A DNA stretch of 64,000 bases from positions 11,369 through 75,368 of the forward strand of contig CAZQMZ010000003.1 in assembly GCA_964594865.1 (NCBI GenBank), given 5' to 3'. Positions 9,429 through 17,191 of the stretch are shown here, one piece after another. Under the pieces are notes generated by a model. It was not told where the DNA came from. It saw only the letters and a list, made by a program, of their open reading frames with translations, and searched no databases. Origin of the DNA: an uncultured Lachnospiraceae bacterium (GTDB lineage Bacteria > Bacillota > Clostridia > Christensenellales > UBA1242). The position numbers and the translations under genes were made by a program. Within the stretch, counting starts at the first letter, position 1. Each line of letters starts with the position of its first letter.

Positions 9429-9462
9429 ACGCCTATTATATCACAAAGAAAAGAAGTTTCAA
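9426..9462 (-). promoter_or_regulatory. promoter abutting the DUF45 start codon (leaderless candidate)
   Basis: minus strand: TTGAAA (9457-9462), 16 nt, TGaTATAAT (9435-9443), 6 nt, ATG (9426-9428); no SD. Confidence 0.6.
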
Positions 9463-9490
9463 AATGTTTATAAACATTTTCAATTTTCAT

Positions 9491-9600
9491 GTGATATTTG
9501 CATAACACCACAATATGTTGTATAAAACTTTGCATATCACACGTCATATTGTTGTGATATGCAATTTAAAAAAAGTTTGCATAACACCTTAATTTTGTTT
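9491..9600. repeat. palindromic element, locus B (5-6 half-sites)
   Basis: GTGATATTTGCATAACACCAC; TGCATATCACA-N11-TGTGATATGCA (9531-9563); TGCATAACACC (9578-9588); ends at the -35 of the PadR-gene promoter. Confidence 0.85.
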
Positions 9601-9628
9601 GACAAATGTTTTAAATATGTTATATCAT
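9599..9628 (+). promoter_or_regulatory. sigma-A-type promoter of the PadR-membrane gene
   Basis: TTGACA (9599-9604), 16-17 nt, TGtTATATCAT region (9619-9628); SD-led. Confidence 0.5.
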
Positions 9629-9647
9629 AAAATAAATTGGAGGGTCT

Positions 9648-11264
9648 ATGGCATATAATGCAAACAAAGAAACTCAATATCTCATTCTTGACAGTCTTTC
9701 ACATGGTGCAAAATATGGGCTTGAAGTGATTGAATATATCTCTCAAAAAACAAACGGTGCATACATCTTAAAGAAACCGACACTATATTCCTGCCTGTCC
9801 CGTATGGAGAAAAAGGGTCTTATTTCTTCTTCCTATTGGGGAGAAAGCGACCTTGGCGGAAAAAGACATTATTTCAACGTAACAAATTCTGGAAAACAGC
9901 TTTTGGAAGAACTTTCAAAGGAATATGCCAACAGCACCTTCACAAGTGTTATGGAAGAAGTTGAACCAAAGACAGAAAACACGTCAAGCACTCCACTTTT
10001 CCTTCAACAAGACAACATTTTTGATATGGTCAAAGAAGAAAAAACAGCAACGACGGTCAAAGAAAGCAAACAAGAAGACCAAACTTTAAACAATCAAATT
10101 GACTTCTTCTCATTTCAAAAACAAAAAGATGAAGAAACTCGCGAAGAACCTACTGTTGAAAAGAACGAAGAGAAGATGCAATATTATCAATCAATTTTGG
10201 AACAAACTCCTCAAAACAACGCAAGATTTTTGGATGAAAGCGAAAGGCTCAGTTTTGCGCAAGAAGAACAGAACAAGCGCCTTTATGACACTTCGAGCGA
10301 ACTGAAAAAATACCGCAAACGCAAAAGTTTTTCCGAAAATCAAATTGAAATGTCTGTTGTGTATGAAAATGAAGAAGATCAAGCAATTCAACGTCAACGC
10401 ATAGAACAACTGAAAGCGTCAATGTTGGGTGCCCGTCAAAACCGCATTGAAGAAACAGAAAGATTTGATGAACTTCCAAAATATTACGAAGATCCAAAAG
10501 AAGAAGTTGTTGACGAACCTCAAGCCGACGATGGCGTCTTCATCAACACCCGCGTCAGAGAAGTTCCAATTCAAAAGAAGATTACCCCTCCAAACATTGA
10601 TGTTGAAATTGACGAAGACAAACTTCCTGCTCCAAAGCGAAACAGCAATCTTGAACCGACCTACAAAGATATGCTTTCCAAACTTTTTGAGAAGAAAAAG
10701 GAAGACAAGATCATCAAAGATGCTCCGCCACAGCCTCAAATCATGCAAGAAGAAGTTGACAGTTTTGTTGACTACAACTCTTTGAAGAGATATTATAAGA
10801 CCCATGACATCGAGTTTAAGGAATATTCCAAAACAAACATACAAAGAGAGCACAACACTAACTTTTTGAATTTCATAACCTCTGTCATTCTGCTCTGCTT
10901 GTCTGGAATTTCTTCTGCAATTTTGTTTGCCATAATCAGTTTCACCGAAAAATTGAATGTCAGCACAAATTGGCTGTTTTACACAATTCCGCTTTTGTTT
11001 CTTGTTTATTGCATCTTCGCCTTCATTCGCAACAAAGTGAGTATAAGTAAAAAAGCCACTCTGCTCTATAACGGATTTGTAAGTTGGGCAATCTTCATCC
11101 TTGGCGTCATTGTCGTGATTGTGATCAACGTCATCGCCGGAATGCAGTTTGAAACAATGGGAGATTATCTCACTTCAACACTCACCCCAACTTTGGCACT
11201 TTTGATTGCTTTCCCAATAAATCACTATGTCAAAAAATTCTTGTATAGCAGATATTCAAAATAA
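9648..11264 (+). CDS. PadR-family winged-helix domain fused to an acidic linker and a C-terminal 4-TM domain
   Basis: N-terminus LILDSLSHGAKYGLEVIEYI..GAYILKKPTLYSCLSRMEKKGLISS matches PadR; about 300 aa E/K/Q-rich linker; 4 hydrophobic helices at the C-terminus; GGAGGG SD. Confidence 0.75.
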   Translation: MAYNANKETQYLILDSLSHGAKYGLEVIEYISQKTNGAYILKKPTLYSCLSRMEKKGLISSSYWGESDLGGKRHYFNVTNSGKQLLEELSKEYANSTFTSVMEEVEPKTENTSSTPLFLQQDNIFDMVKEEKTATTVKESKQEDQTLNNQIDFFSFQKQKDEETREEPTVEKNEEKMQYYQSILEQTPQNNARFLDESERLSFAQEEQNKRLYDTSSELKKYRKRKSFSENQIEMSVVYENEEDQAIQRQRIEQLKASMLGARQNRIEETERFDELPKYYEDPKEEVVDEPQADDGVFINTRVREVPIQKKITPPNIDVEIDEDKLPAPKRNSNLEPTYKDMLSKLFEKKKEDKIIKDAPPQPQIMQEEVDSFVDYNSLKRYYKTHDIEFKEYSKTNIQREHNTNFLNFITSVILLCLSGISSAILFAIISFTEKLNVSTNWLFYTIPLLFLVYCIFAFIRNKVSISKKATLLYNGFVSWAIFILGVIVVIVINVIAGMQFETMGDYLTSTLTPTLALLIAFPINHYVKKFLYSRYSK

Positions 11265-11356
11265 TAAAAAAATTTTAAAAATTTTTGCATAAGATTCAAA
11301 AATGTGTGCACAATAGAAATAAGTTAAGTCGTAAAAACAACTTAACTTAAAAACGA

Positions 11357-11412
11357 AAAGAGATGAATTGGTTCGTGAGGAACAAATAACACATCTCTTT
11401 TCTTTTTTTTAT
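11357..11412 (+). terminator. terminator after the PadR-membrane gene (possibly bidirectional)
   Basis: AAAAGAGATG..25-nt loop..CATCTCTTTT followed by a T-run; a separate 9-bp hairpin lies at 11321-11348. Confidence 0.55.
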
Positions 11413-11418
11413 TCAATT

Positions 11419-12033
11419 TCATAAACACTTGATTTCGATTTCTTTTTTGCGACTTCTGATCTTTCCAATCAGCCAAACAACCAAATTCATCAGCACAAAA
11501 ATTCCAATCAAAATCAAAGAGAACATAAAGATGAAAAAGGCAGAGTTTTCAAACAACAAGCATATGGCGATGACAACACTACAAGAGAGCGCTTCTCCAA
11601 TTAAAATTGACAAAAACCCTTGCCAAATTTTGAGATTTGTCATCCCAGCAATCAAACTCCCCGTCCACACGCCCGTAAGCGGAAGTGGCACGGCAACAAA
11701 GGTGGAAAGCATCATGCATTTTTTGAATGTGGTGTTTTTTGCCTTTAATTTTTGAATTTGTTTTTCATAGCGCTTCATAAACTTCTCGCAAACAAAACCA
11801 CTCGTCCGATTTTTCACCCATCGCGAAAAAAGAATAATCAAAATGGAAGGCAACATACCCCCAAGCAAAGCCACAAAAAACGCAGTGATTGGCGACAAAA
11901 TTCCTTCACCCCAAATGGCAGTGGAAAGTGCAAAAGGAATGGCCACTCGACTTTCAAGCATTGGAATCATTGCCATAATAAGCACTGCCAAAATCACACA
12001 ATTTGAAAAATTGTCTGCAAAAAAGTCTGTCAT
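11419..12033 (-). CDS. small multidrug-export-like membrane protein (COG2426 / Sm_multidrug_ex-like)
   Basis: MIPMLESRVAIPFAL motif and 5 TM helices; family call by eye. Confidence 0.55.
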   Translation of the reverse strand: MTDFFADNFSNCVILAVLIMAMIPMLESRVAIPFALSTAIWGEGILSPITAFFVALLGGMLPSILIILFSRWVKNRTSGFVCEKFMKRYEKQIQKLKAKNTTFKKCMMLSTFVAVPLPLTGVWTGSLIAGMTNLKIWQGFLSILIGEALSCSVVIAICLLFENSAFFIFMFSLILIGIFVLMNLVVWLIGKIRSRKKEIEIKCL

Positions 12034-12062
12034 ATCAACCTCTCTAAAAAATTTTTAAGGAT

Positions 12063-12100
12063 AAAAAAATCAACCCTTCACAATAATATATGAAAGGTTG
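12063..12100 (-). terminator. rho-independent terminator after recN
   Basis: CAACCTTTCA/TGAAGGGTTG stem (1 mismatch) plus U7 on the minus strand. Confidence 0.7.
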
Positions 12101-12121
12101 GTTTGAAATATTATATATTTT

Positions 12122-13780
12122 TTAGTTATGTAAAAATAACTTCTTTGCGTGTTCCAACGCAGTTTGTGAGATTTCGTTTCCATCGTCAATCAATCGTGCC
12201 ACTTCAAAAACCGCCTGATTTTTGTCAAGTGATGCCACCGTGGAGATTGTGGAAGAATTGACAACATCCTTTTTGACAAGCAAAAACTCATCCGCTTTGG
12301 ACGCCACAACAGCTGTGTGCGTGATGCAAATGATTTGTGTGTATTTTGATATATTCACCAGCTTTTCGGCAACTTTTCCCGCCGTTTGACCGCTCACACC
12401 GGCATCAATTTCATCAAAGATGACTGTTTGCACAAAGTCTTTTTCCAACATAACATTCTTGAACGCCAAAAGCAGTCGCGAAAGTTCTCCGCCGGATGCC
12501 GTCTTATGCAAATCTCGAATCTCTTGCCCAACATTTGCCGAAAACATAAATTTCACAACGTCGAACCCTTTGCGTGTGAACTCTCCCCTTTCAAAATCAA
12601 CTTTGAAATTTGTGCCCACCATTTGCAAATCTTCAAGTTCGTGACAAAGGCGGTCTTCAAAAACTTTTGCAAATTTCTTTCGCAATTCACTCAATTTTGT
12701 GCATGCATTTTCAAGTTGTTGTTGGATGACAACCTGCTCTTTTTGCAGTTTTTCCAAAGTTTCTTGACTGTTTTCCAACTCTTCCAATTTTTGTTGGCAT
12801 TTTTCTTGATAGTCCAAAATGTCTTCGATTGTCTTTCCATATTTCTTTGACAGTTTCTTTATAAGATCCAAACGTTCATCAATTCGCTCCAATTCCTTTG
12901 GGTCAAATTCAGTGTTTTGCTTGACTCCATCCAGAACTTCTGCCACATCCTTGATTTCATAATAACAATCTTCAATGCGTTGTCGACATTCTTCAATCTC
13001 TTTAAAGTTTGAAAGCGCCGAAAGACAATTTTTGACTTCATACAAAAGCCCTGTCACATTTTCACGATCTTCATCGAGTTTGCCCACTGCCAAACCAACA
13101 CTCTCAAAAATCTTTTCGGAAGACGAGATAAATTCAAACCTTTCGCGCAGTTCTTCCGCCTCACCAAGTTGCAAATGAGCATTTTCAATTTCGTCAATTT
13201 GATATTCCAAAAGTTCTTTTTCGCGCAGACGTTCACTTTCACTTCCGCCAAGAGCAGAAATCTTTCTCTTGACATCTTGAAGGTCGTCATAAAGTCGTTC
13301 AACCTCACCTTTCAAATTTTCCACATCAGCGCCGGCAAATTTATCCAAAAGCAAAAGGTGATTTTTGACATTCAAAAGACCAACGCTATCATGTTGCCCA
13401 CAAAAGTCCGCCAACTTTTCAGAAAGTGTTTGCAACATTTTTGCGGTTGCCGGAAAGCCATTCACTTTGACAGAAGACTTTCCTTCCTGAGAGAGTGTGC
13501 GCGAGATGACAAGCTCATCCTCGACATCAATTTCCCATTCACGCAAAACATCTTTCTCGCTTTCAGACAATTCCACAAACACCCCATCAACCCTGAGAGA
13601 AGCTTCGCCAGAGCGAATCAAATTCTTATCCGCCTTGGCACCCAACAAAAAACTTAAAGCATCAATGATGATGCTCTTGCCCGCACCCGATTGACCCAAA
13701 AGACAATTGAAGCCATTCTTAAATTCTATTGTTTGTTTTTTGATTAAAGCAACATTTGTCAAAGTTAAAGATGAAAGCAT
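12122..13780 (-). CDS. recN: DNA repair protein RecN
   Basis: Walker A GQSGAGKS, long coiled coil, C-terminal ASGGELSRLLLA and IFDEIDAGVSG; start set at MLSSLTL (GAGGAA SD); downstream of argR as in Bacillus. Confidence 0.93.
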   Translation of the reverse strand: MLSSLTLTNVALIKKQTIEFKNGFNCLLGQSGAGKSIIIDALSFLLGAKADKNLIRSGEASLRVDGVFVELSESEKDVLREWEIDVEDELVISRTLSQEGKSSVKVNGFPATAKMLQTLSEKLADFCGQHDSVGLLNVKNHLLLLDKFAGADVENLKGEVERLYDDLQDVKRKISALGGSESERLREKELLEYQIDEIENAHLQLGEAEELRERFEFISSSEKIFESVGLAVGKLDEDRENVTGLLYEVKNCLSALSNFKEIEECRQRIEDCYYEIKDVAEVLDGVKQNTEFDPKELERIDERLDLIKKLSKKYGKTIEDILDYQEKCQQKLEELENSQETLEKLQKEQVVIQQQLENACTKLSELRKKFAKVFEDRLCHELEDLQMVGTNFKVDFERGEFTRKGFDVVKFMFSANVGQEIRDLHKTASGGELSRLLLAFKNVMLEKDFVQTVIFDEIDAGVSGQTAGKVAEKLVNISKYTQIICITHTAVVASKADEFLLVKKDVVNSSTISTVASLDKNQAVFEVARLIDDGNEISQTALEHAKKLFLHN

Positions 13781-13851
13781 TTTCGTTCCTCTATTTTGAT
13801 TATAACACAACATCATAAATTTTTCAAACTAAATTGAACAAAAGTGAAGAT

Positions 13852-13886
13852 AAAAAAAGTTGATTTCATTCTTAAACGAAATCAAC
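13852..13886 (-). terminator. rho-independent terminator (or attenuator) between argR and recN
   Basis: GTTGATTTC-N10-GAAATCAAC plus U7 on the minus strand. Confidence 0.7.
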
Positions 13887-13924
13887 TAAATTAAAGCAAT
13901 GGTCCTATCCAATAAGCCAACTAA

Positions 13925-14377
13925 TCACATCATCATCTGTTGTAGAGTGGAAACAGACTCGCTGGCAAAAGTTGTGGTTGGAAAAATCAACATCACTGTG
14001 TCGTCGCCATAAGTTGCACCCATAAGTTCTGATAAATTGAGTTTGTCGATGAAAGAGCAAACGCCAGAGCCCATACCTTTGATTGTCCTGATCACCACCA
14101 AGTTGAGAGCACTCTTCACAGAGATGACGCTTTCTTTGAAGATGTTTATGTATTTGTTGGACACGACTTGCTGTTCAGAACCCAAAATGGCATATTTATA
14201 TTTTCCCGAACTGCCTTGAATTTTTGTCAAACCCAACTCTTTGATATCACGAGAAATTGTCGCTTGAGTGATATCAAAGTTGGCGTTTTTCAATTCACGA
14301 GCCAATTCTTCTTGTGTTTCAATCTCTTTTGTGGAGATAAGTTCCAAAATTTTTGATTGTCTTGAACTTCTTGCCAT
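13925..14377 (-). CDS. argR: arginine repressor
   Basis: R(Q)SKILELI..ETQEEL..L....FDITQATISRDIKEL wHTH; C-terminal GTIAGDDT-like GATYGDDTVM. Confidence 0.92.
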   Translation of the reverse strand: MARSSRQSKILELISTKEIETQEELARELKNANFDITQATISRDIKELGLTKIQGSSGKYKYAILGSEQQVVSNKYINIFKESVISVKSALNLVVIRTIKGMGSGVCSFIDKLNLSELMGATYGDDTVMLIFPTTTFASESVSTLQQMMM

Positions 14378-14430
14378 TTTTGCGCTCCTTAACGGCTACA
14401 CTGCCCTAAATTACGGCGATGTAGCGATTT

Positions 14431-14527
14431 TTGCATAAATATAAATTTATGATTATTCATGCAATTTTGATAATTATACAATAAAATTTATAAAAATGCA
14501 AGCGATTTTTGCATATTTATTCATGAA
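14431..14527 (-). promoter_or_regulatory. cluster of ARG-box-like operators in the argR promoter region
   Basis: reverse complement of 14509-14525 is CATGAATAAATATGCAA, against the B. subtilis AhrC box CATGAATAAAAATTCAAG. ATTTATAAAAATGCAAG at 14486-14502. TTGCATGAATAATCAT (rc of 14449-14464). TTGCATAAATATAAAT at 14431-14446. Confidence 0.65.
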
Positions 14528-14700
14528 TTTTTTATAAAAATATACATTTCTGTAAATTTATAAATTCGAAATTAATAAATTTACACTTTTATGCATACTC
14601 TCATTTATCCCAAAACCAGAATAAGCAAATCTACCTTACTTCTCAAAGAATATCAGTCGCCCAAAAACTTTTCAAGACTTTGTGTCAAAATTTTTGCAAC

Positions 14701-14731
14701 AAAAAAAATCTATCAAAAATTTTGACAGATT
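14701..14731 (-). terminator. rho-independent terminator after thiI
   Basis: ATCTGTCAAAA/TTTTGATAGAT imperfect stem plus U8 on the minus strand. Confidence 0.55.
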
Positions 14732-14751
14732 TTTAAATTCACTTTCAAAAA

Positions 14752-15915
14752 TCAATAGCAATCAATCTCAACAATCTCATCATTCTCAACCGCCTTGTTG
14801 ACAAGATTGTCTATATCAAGATTTTGTTCCAAAAACTCCGCGCGTTTGATGGTTGGTCGGATCACAGGATTTTTTGGAAGAAACACAGTGCAACAATCTT
14901 CATAAGGCAAAATTGAAGTTTCATAAGTTCCAATCTTATTTGCCACTTTCATGATCTCTTCCTTGTCAAATGCAATAAGTGGTCGAAAGACAGGAAGGTT
15001 GACAACCGAATTTGTCACATTCATACTTTGCATAGTTTGGCTCGCCACCTGCCCTAAACTTTCACCTGTGACAATCGCACCAAGGTCATTTTGCAAACAA
15101 AGTTTTTCAGCAATTCGCATCATAATTCGTCGCATGATTGTGATCATATATTCGGCGTCACAACTTTTGTGAATCTGCTCTTGAATTTCAGTGAACGATA
15201 TCACATGAAGTTTGATTTTTCCGCAATATGTTGAAATCTCTTTGGCAAGTTGAATAACTTTCTCTTTTGCTTGAACACTTGTGTATGGATATGAATGAAA
15301 ATGCACAGCTTCAAATTTAAGTCCGCGCTTGGACATCAAAAAGCCAGCCACAGGACTGTCAATTCCGCCAGACAAAAGCAAAAGCCCTTTTCCAGCACTT
15401 CCAAGAGGCAACCCACCAGCGCAAGAAAACAACCTGTCATATATATATGTCTTGCCATTATTTCGCACTTCCACAAACACAACAACTTCCGGATGATATA
15501 AATCAACCTTTAAGGACGGATATTTGCGCAGAATTACATCACCAAGATGAGCACTTAATTCCATTGACGACATCGCAAATCTCTTGTCCGCGCGTTTTGT
15601 TTCCACCTTAAAAGTTTTGTAAGAAGAAAAATCAAGGCTCGAAGCATACTGTTCGATATTTTCCAAAGTTGTGTCCAACTCCACAGCATCGGCAATTGCA
15701 ATCAAACCAAACACCTGTTGCAATTTAGCAATGATTTCATCCTCAAGATTGACGTCATAGTCAGAAACAACCAAGCGACCTTGAGTTTCGTGCAAAGCAA
15801 AATTGAACTGACGAAGTTTTTGTCGAATATTTGACATCAAAAGAGAGATAAACTCATGTCGATTTTTACCCTTTAAAAACAATTCTCCAAATTTCAGCAA
15901 CAAAACTTTTTTCAT
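14752..15915 (-). CDS. thiI: tRNA 4-thiouridine(8) synthase ThiI
   Basis: THUMP N-terminal region, PP-loop LLLSGGIDSPVA. Confidence 0.92.
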   Translation of the reverse strand: MKKVLLLKFGELFLKGKNRHEFISLLMSNIRQKLRQFNFALHETQGRLVVSDYDVNLEDEIIAKLQQVFGLIAIADAVELDTTLENIEQYASSLDFSSYKTFKVETKRADKRFAMSSMELSAHLGDVILRKYPSLKVDLYHPEVVVFVEVRNNGKTYIYDRLFSCAGGLPLGSAGKGLLLLSGGIDSPVAGFLMSKRGLKFEAVHFHSYPYTSVQAKEKVIQLAKEISTYCGKIKLHVISFTEIQEQIHKSCDAEYMITIMRRIMMRIAEKLCLQNDLGAIVTGESLGQVASQTMQSMNVTNSVVNLPVFRPLIAFDKEEIMKVANKIGTYETSILPYEDCCTVFLPKNPVIRPTIKRAEFLEQNLDIDNLVNKAVENDEIVEIDCY

Positions 15916-15935
15916 AACCTTTCCTTATATATCTG

Positions 15936-17063
15936 TCAAGACACTCTTTTCTTTATGTCGAGATAGACTTTTGAAATAATTTGCCCCGCTTTTGCCACTT
16001 CTTCATCGGTCATATAAGCATTGAAGCTTATGCGCGCACTTGAAATGATTTCATCTTTTGAAAGTCCAATACACTCCAAAACGCGATTGCCAGCTTTCTT
16101 TGCCGAACACGCACTTCCAAGCCCAATGATCACCCCTTCTTGATTGAGAGCGTGAAGCATAGTTTCGCCTTTTACACCAGAAAATATGATATTCTCAATA
16201 TATGGCGACCCACCATTTTCGCCAAAATCACGAACAATCAACCCCGGTGCATTGAGATTTTCATTGAAAATTTTCTTCAACTTCAAAACTCTTTCAAAAT
16301 TTGCTTTTTCATCAATCAACTCAACCGCTTTTTTGAGTTGCATAATTCCAGAAACATTTTCCGTGCCCGAACGAAGCGAGTATTGCTGTCCACCGCCTTC
16401 AAAGAGTGTTTTCAAGTTGTTTTTGTTTTTGACATAAAGTCCCGCAATTCCCTTTGGCGCGTGAATTTTGTGACCACTGAAAGAATATAGATCCACCGCA
16501 GTTTGTTTGAGAGAAAGTGTAATTTTCATAAACCCTTGCACTCCGTCAACATGAAAAATTGCGTTTGGACAGATTTTGTTTTTAATGTCAGAGATTTTTT
16601 TCAAATCGTTGATTGCGCCGGTTTCGTTATTGACATGCATGACACTTATCAATCTTGTTCTTGCAGACAGAACACTTTCAAGTTTTTGATAATCCACACA
16701 GCCATTTGCCATCAGCGGAACAAAATGAACAATAACTCCGTCTTGTTGCAACTTTTTGGCCACATTATAGACCGACGGATGTTCACCGTCCGCAAAAACA
16801 TATTCCCACTTTCCCGTTCTCAAGGATCCTTTGATTGCAAGGTTATTGCTTTCGGTGGCACAACTTGTGAAAAGGATGTTTCCTTCGCTCGCACCCAACT
16901 TTTTCAAAAAAAGTCTTTCTGCATCAGCAACAAGTTTTGAAACTTCCAAAGACTGCATTGACAAAGCAGAAGGATTATAAAAATTCTCGCATGAAAAATG
17001 CTTGTGGACGTCCACACATTCTTCAAACATACAGGTCGTTCCGGCATTGTCGAGATAGATCAT
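15936..17063 (-). CDS. cysteine desulfurase (NifS/NifZ/IscS class)
   Basis: PLP-lysine motif SFSGHKIHAPKGIAGLYV and active-site region GSACSA; adjacent to thiI as NifZ-ThiI is in Bacillus. Confidence 0.9.
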   Translation of the reverse strand: MIYLDNAGTTCMFEECVDVHKHFSCENFYNPSALSMQSLEVSKLVADAERLFLKKLGASEGNILFTSCATESNNLAIKGSLRTGKWEYVFADGEHPSVYNVAKKLQQDGVIVHFVPLMANGCVDYQKLESVLSARTRLISVMHVNNETGAINDLKKISDIKNKICPNAIFHVDGVQGFMKITLSLKQTAVDLYSFSGHKIHAPKGIAGLYVKNKNNLKTLFEGGGQQYSLRSGTENVSGIMQLKKAVELIDEKANFERVLKLKKIFNENLNAPGLIVRDFGENGGSPYIENIIFSGVKGETMLHALNQEGVIIGLGSACSAKKAGNRVLECIGLSKDEIISSARISFNAYMTDEEVAKAGQIISKVYLDIKKRVS

Positions 17064-17083
17064 AAAAACTCCTTACAAAAGCT

Positions 17084-17156
17084 TGCGTAACATCCCAAAA
17101 CATTGCATATCACACCAAATCTTGTTGTATTATGCATATAGCACCACAAAATGTTG
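17084..17156. repeat. palindromic element, locus C (4 half-sites)
   Basis: TGCGTAACATCC..; TGCATATCACACC-N-GTTGTATTATGCA (17104-17136); TGCATATAGCACCAC; lies between the pheT stop and the desulfurase start. Confidence 0.85.
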
Positions 17157-17191
17157 AATTTTATCAACAATTTCTCATTAAACAAAACCCA

